Source: a virus
Lineage: Duplodnaviria > Caudoviricetes
IMG/VR virus record: IMGVR_UViG_3300042992_000792
Location: 1-38,923 of that record
Length of the DNA: 38,923 nucleotides
Reading direction: 5' to 3' (one strand)
Below, in pieces: positions 36,746 through 38,923 of the stretch. The notes beneath the pieces are model-generated. The model was not told where the DNA came from. It worked only from the letters and a program-made list of their open reading frames with translations, and searched no databases. The translations under genes were made by a program, and so were the position numbers. The first letter of the stretch is position 1. Each line of letters begins with the position of its first letter.

Positions 36746-37360
36746 ATGTCGGTCCTAACGATGCCTAAAGCAAAAGAGAAAAAGCTGTCGCCGACCGCAG
36801 CAATGCGAGAAGAGCGTACTGAGAAGAGACAAGCTAAAGCCGCAAAAGTTCAGCGAGCCATCGATATGTATAAAGGTGGCGTGATTAAGATGCGCATTGC
36901 CGAAGAGCTGGACATCAGCTTCGATACCGTGTGCCGTTGGCTCAAAGACGTTGTACTCGACACACCAGACGAAACCGAACCCTTTGCCAAGAACCTTGAG
37001 GAATCTACAACCGCTGTGGTAGCCGATGCCAAACTGGCAGCACGCGATCAAGAGCAGCAGTCGCTACTTGAGGTGGCAGAGAACCAGTCCAGTCCGGCGG
37101 ACAAGTATCAGGCTTATGTCGCCGCCTCCGCCATTAAAATGCTACGAGACAATCTGGCTAACGTCAGAGGACCGCGAACTGTACGGGAACTCAGCGAGCT
37201 AGACCAGCTCATCCGGCGCAACCTCGGCCTCAATCCGAAAGGCGGCAGCGGTGGGTCCGGTTCGCTTACCATTGACGTCTCGATCCTCAACAACAGCAAG
37301 GCAACAAACGGCGGCTCTACTTCTGTGGTCATAGACGCGGAGGAGGCTGACGATGATTGA
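36746..37360 (+). CDS. HTH protein, probable terminase small subunit (start may be 36761)
   Basis: HTH IAEELDISFDTVCRWLK, helical core, C-terminal LTIDVSIL strand; TTGACA at 36721. Confidence 0.55.
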   Translation: MSVLTMPKAKEKKLSPTAAMREERTEKRQAKAAKVQRAIDMYKGGVIKMRIAEELDISFDTVCRWLKDVVLDTPDETEPFAKNLEESTTAVVADAKLAARDQEQQSLLEVAENQSSPADKYQAYVAASAIKMLRDNLANVRGPRTVRELSELDQLIRRNLGLNPKGGSGGSGSLTIDVSILNNSKATNGGSTSVVIDAEEADDD

Positions 37361-37577
37361 CGCAGATTTCGAGGGCGGTTCATTGGACAACGTTGAGGAT
37401 GCCATCGCCCAACTGGACAGTGCAGGTAGGCCATACATCATGTTCCTTTTATCTACAATGACCGACGGAAGAATCATTACCCAACTCACGCCCAATGCGA
37501 AGCAGCTGTTTAGGGACATGTACGAGGAAGGATCACTAGACGAACTACTGGAGACCACGCTTTATGGAGAGGAATGA
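37353..37577 (+). CDS. Hypothetical acidic protein (74 aa)
   Basis: ORF track; overlaps both neighbours by a few nt. Confidence 0.7.
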   Translation: MIDADFEGGSLDNVEDAIAQLDSAGRPYIMFLLSTMTDGRIITQLTPNAKQLFRDMYEEGSLDELLETTLYGEE

Positions 37578-38070
37578 GGACACCGTCATTGTCGGAATTG
37601 ACAACGGAATAAGCGGTGGCTTATGCGCCGTCAGCAACTGGAGTGGCGACGTTATTGCGTACACAGCAATGCCCACCAATACGTTCGATGGCAAGACCGA
37701 AGTCGATGTCTATGCTGTGCTGCGGTGGCTCCAACCCTATTGCAAGAATCTTGTTGTCTGCATCGAAGAGCCTTTGAAACACGCTAAATCCTCGCAAGCG
37801 ATGCGGTCCATGAGCATCTCGTTCGGCAAGATCATAGGCGCGTGCGAAGCGAAACAGTATGCAGTGCGCAGGATACAGGTTAAGGAGTGGCAGGATGTCA
37901 TGCTCGGCAAGAGACTTGCGAAGGGCATGACCAAAGTGGTTGCACTCAAGAAAACCAACGATCTGTGGCCGAAAGAAAAATGGCTTGCGTCAAGCCGCAG
38001 TAAAATCCCCCATGACGGAATAGTTGACGCCGCTCTAATTTCCCGATACTATAGGGACACCGAACCATGA
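37564..38070 (+). CDS. RuvC-like Holliday junction resolvase
   Basis: VGIDNGISGGL, VCIEE, W...LG, DGIVDAALI acidic catalytic motifs. Confidence 0.85.
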   Translation: MERNEDTVIVGIDNGISGGLCAVSNWSGDVIAYTAMPTNTFDGKTEVDVYAVLRWLQPYCKNLVVCIEEPLKHAKSSQAMRSMSISFGKIIGACEAKQYAVRRIQVKEWQDVMLGKRLAKGMTKVVALKKTNDLWPKEKWLASSRSKIPHDGIVDAALISRYYRDTEP

Positions 38071-38300
38071 ACCGCTCATACATCATCGACGCCCTCACGG
38101 CTATCCTTGAGGACATCCTCCGCTACAAAATGAAACTGCCTATGGCAGCAGAGCTTGAGGCGTTCTTTGAACCAGACGAGTTTGAGGTGTTCCGTGACAT
38201 GGTCGGTCAAGAGTTTGATTTGCCGGACGACACCATCGTTGATTCCGCTCAGACCTTTAAGGAACTGGTAGTCCTTTTGGAGGACGAACTTTTCCAATAA
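38067..38300 (+). CDS. Acyl-carrier-protein-like acidic protein (77 aa)
   Basis: Length, acidity and QEFDL.....TFKELV..L pattern match ACP; lacks the DSL serine. Confidence 0.5.
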   Translation: MNRSYIIDALTAILEDILRYKMKLPMAAELEAFFEPDEFEVFRDMVGQEFDLPDDTIVDSAQTFKELVVLLEDELFQ

Positions 38301-38346
38301 AAAATAATTGACACCCCGTCTTTTGTCGGGTAGATGGTTGGTCGCC

Positions 38347-38541
38347 ATGATTAATACCGTAGGAGCAGGAAAGGGGAGCACTCCTCGCAAAGTAGACCTA
38401 ACCACTTATTATGAAAACTTCGACGACATCTTCCGAAAAGGGAAAACAGGACACAGTACTGAAGGCTCTGAAGAGCGATTACTTCCGGAAACTCAAGAAG
38501 GAGAACTGGCCCAACACGCCGGAACTGACCAAGGAGATTAA
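38347..38541 (+). CDS. Small conserved phage protein (GKGS.PR.VD...Y..NFD.IF type)
   Basis: Recognisable N-terminal motif; TTGACA at 38308 upstream. Confidence 0.65.
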   Translation: MINTVGAGKGSTPRKVDLTTYYENFDDIFRKGKTGHSTEGSEERLLPETQEGELAQHAGTDQGD

Positions 38542-38590
38542 CGATCTCGATACAGCAATCAGAAATAGAAAAGCAGAACTGGCACTATGA
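38411..38590 (+). CDS. Small helical protein (59 aa) overlapping previous ORF in +1 frame
   Basis: MKTSTTSSEKGKQDTVLKALKSDYFRKLKKENWPNTPELTKEINDLDTAIRNRKAELAL; ATGA overlap with next gene. Confidence 0.5.
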   Translation: MKTSTTSSEKGKQDTVLKALKSDYFRKLKKENWPNTPELTKEINDLDTAIRNRKAELAL

Positions 38591-38923
38591 AACAATACAA
38601 TGACCCCAAAGGGCAAGCGGGCTCCCTTAAAGCCCCATTGGGATTAGTCCCACCGTATGCAATGGAGCAGACTTCATGGGTCCACAAGTTGGGCGCAGAC
38701 AAGTACGGTCCGTGGAACTGGCGCGAGACTGGCGTTTGTGCCAGCACTTATGTCAATGCCATACTGCGCCATCTGAACGCATGGCGTGACGGTGAATCAC
38801 TGGACCCTGAATCCGGTATCACGCATCTGGCACACATTGCCTGTAGCGCGAACATCCTCATGGATGCAGAGGTATGTGGCAAGCTACAGGATGACAGGAA
38901 CAAGCGACCCGACGAAACTGAGG
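38587..38923 (+). CDS. dATP/dGTP diphosphohydrolase domain protein (DUF5664); runs off window edge
   Basis: Hand translation: KAPLGLVPP...LGADKYGPWNWR...YVNAILRHLNAWRDGESLDPESGITHLAHIACSANILMDA. Confidence 0.85.
   Translation, partial: MKQYNDPKGQAGSLKAPLGLVPPYAMEQTSWVHKLGADKYGPWNWRETGVCASTYVNAILRHLNAWRDGESLDPESGITHLAHIACSANILMDAEVCGKLQDDRNKRPDETE

Noticed and set aside
38428-38450. Programmed -1 frameshift at AAAAGGGAAAA joining the overlapping ORFs
   Set aside because: The second ORF is in the +1 frame and the heptamer is not in the X XXY YYZ phase.
1-38923. Stop-codon reassignment
   Set aside because: Genes, including the 12-kb ORF, are intact in the standard code, with TAA and TGA used as stops.

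Overview
This window is part of a tailed dsDNA phage genome with podovirus-like features (very large ejection/polyvalent protein, no tape-measure gene seen). A-rich leaders without Shine-Dalgarno sites and the holin-like peptides suggest a PVC/Verrucomicrobia-type host, which is inference only. From the left, the minus strand carries a lysis cassette (amidase, two small membrane proteins), major capsid, scaffold, portal, an inserted HExxH gene and HNH-accessory remnants. A repeat-rich non-coding zone follows at 8.5-9.5 kb. A plus-strand early/accessory region (9.5-19.8 kb) encodes an amidoligase, a GATase-II/GGCT fusion, a MoxR/DUF3150/vWA triad and many micro-ORFs. The right half has a minus-strand 4028-aa polyvalent virion protein, terminase large subunit, a divergent TerS-like gene, RuvC-like resolvase, an ACP-like protein and a dATP/dGTP diphosphohydrolase. 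The most notable non-coding structures are: (i) nine copies of a 17-bp GTCAAG-N5-CT(A/T)GAC dyad plus four copies of a second 25-bp motif punctuating the early genes; (ii) two ~130-bp direct repeats with a TAATTCA palindromic core, 26 kb apart, bracketing most of the block that separates terminase from portal; (iii) a 16-bp direct repeat, including a promoter -35, flanking an inserted gene. All protein family calls are from motif recognition by eye, not database searches.
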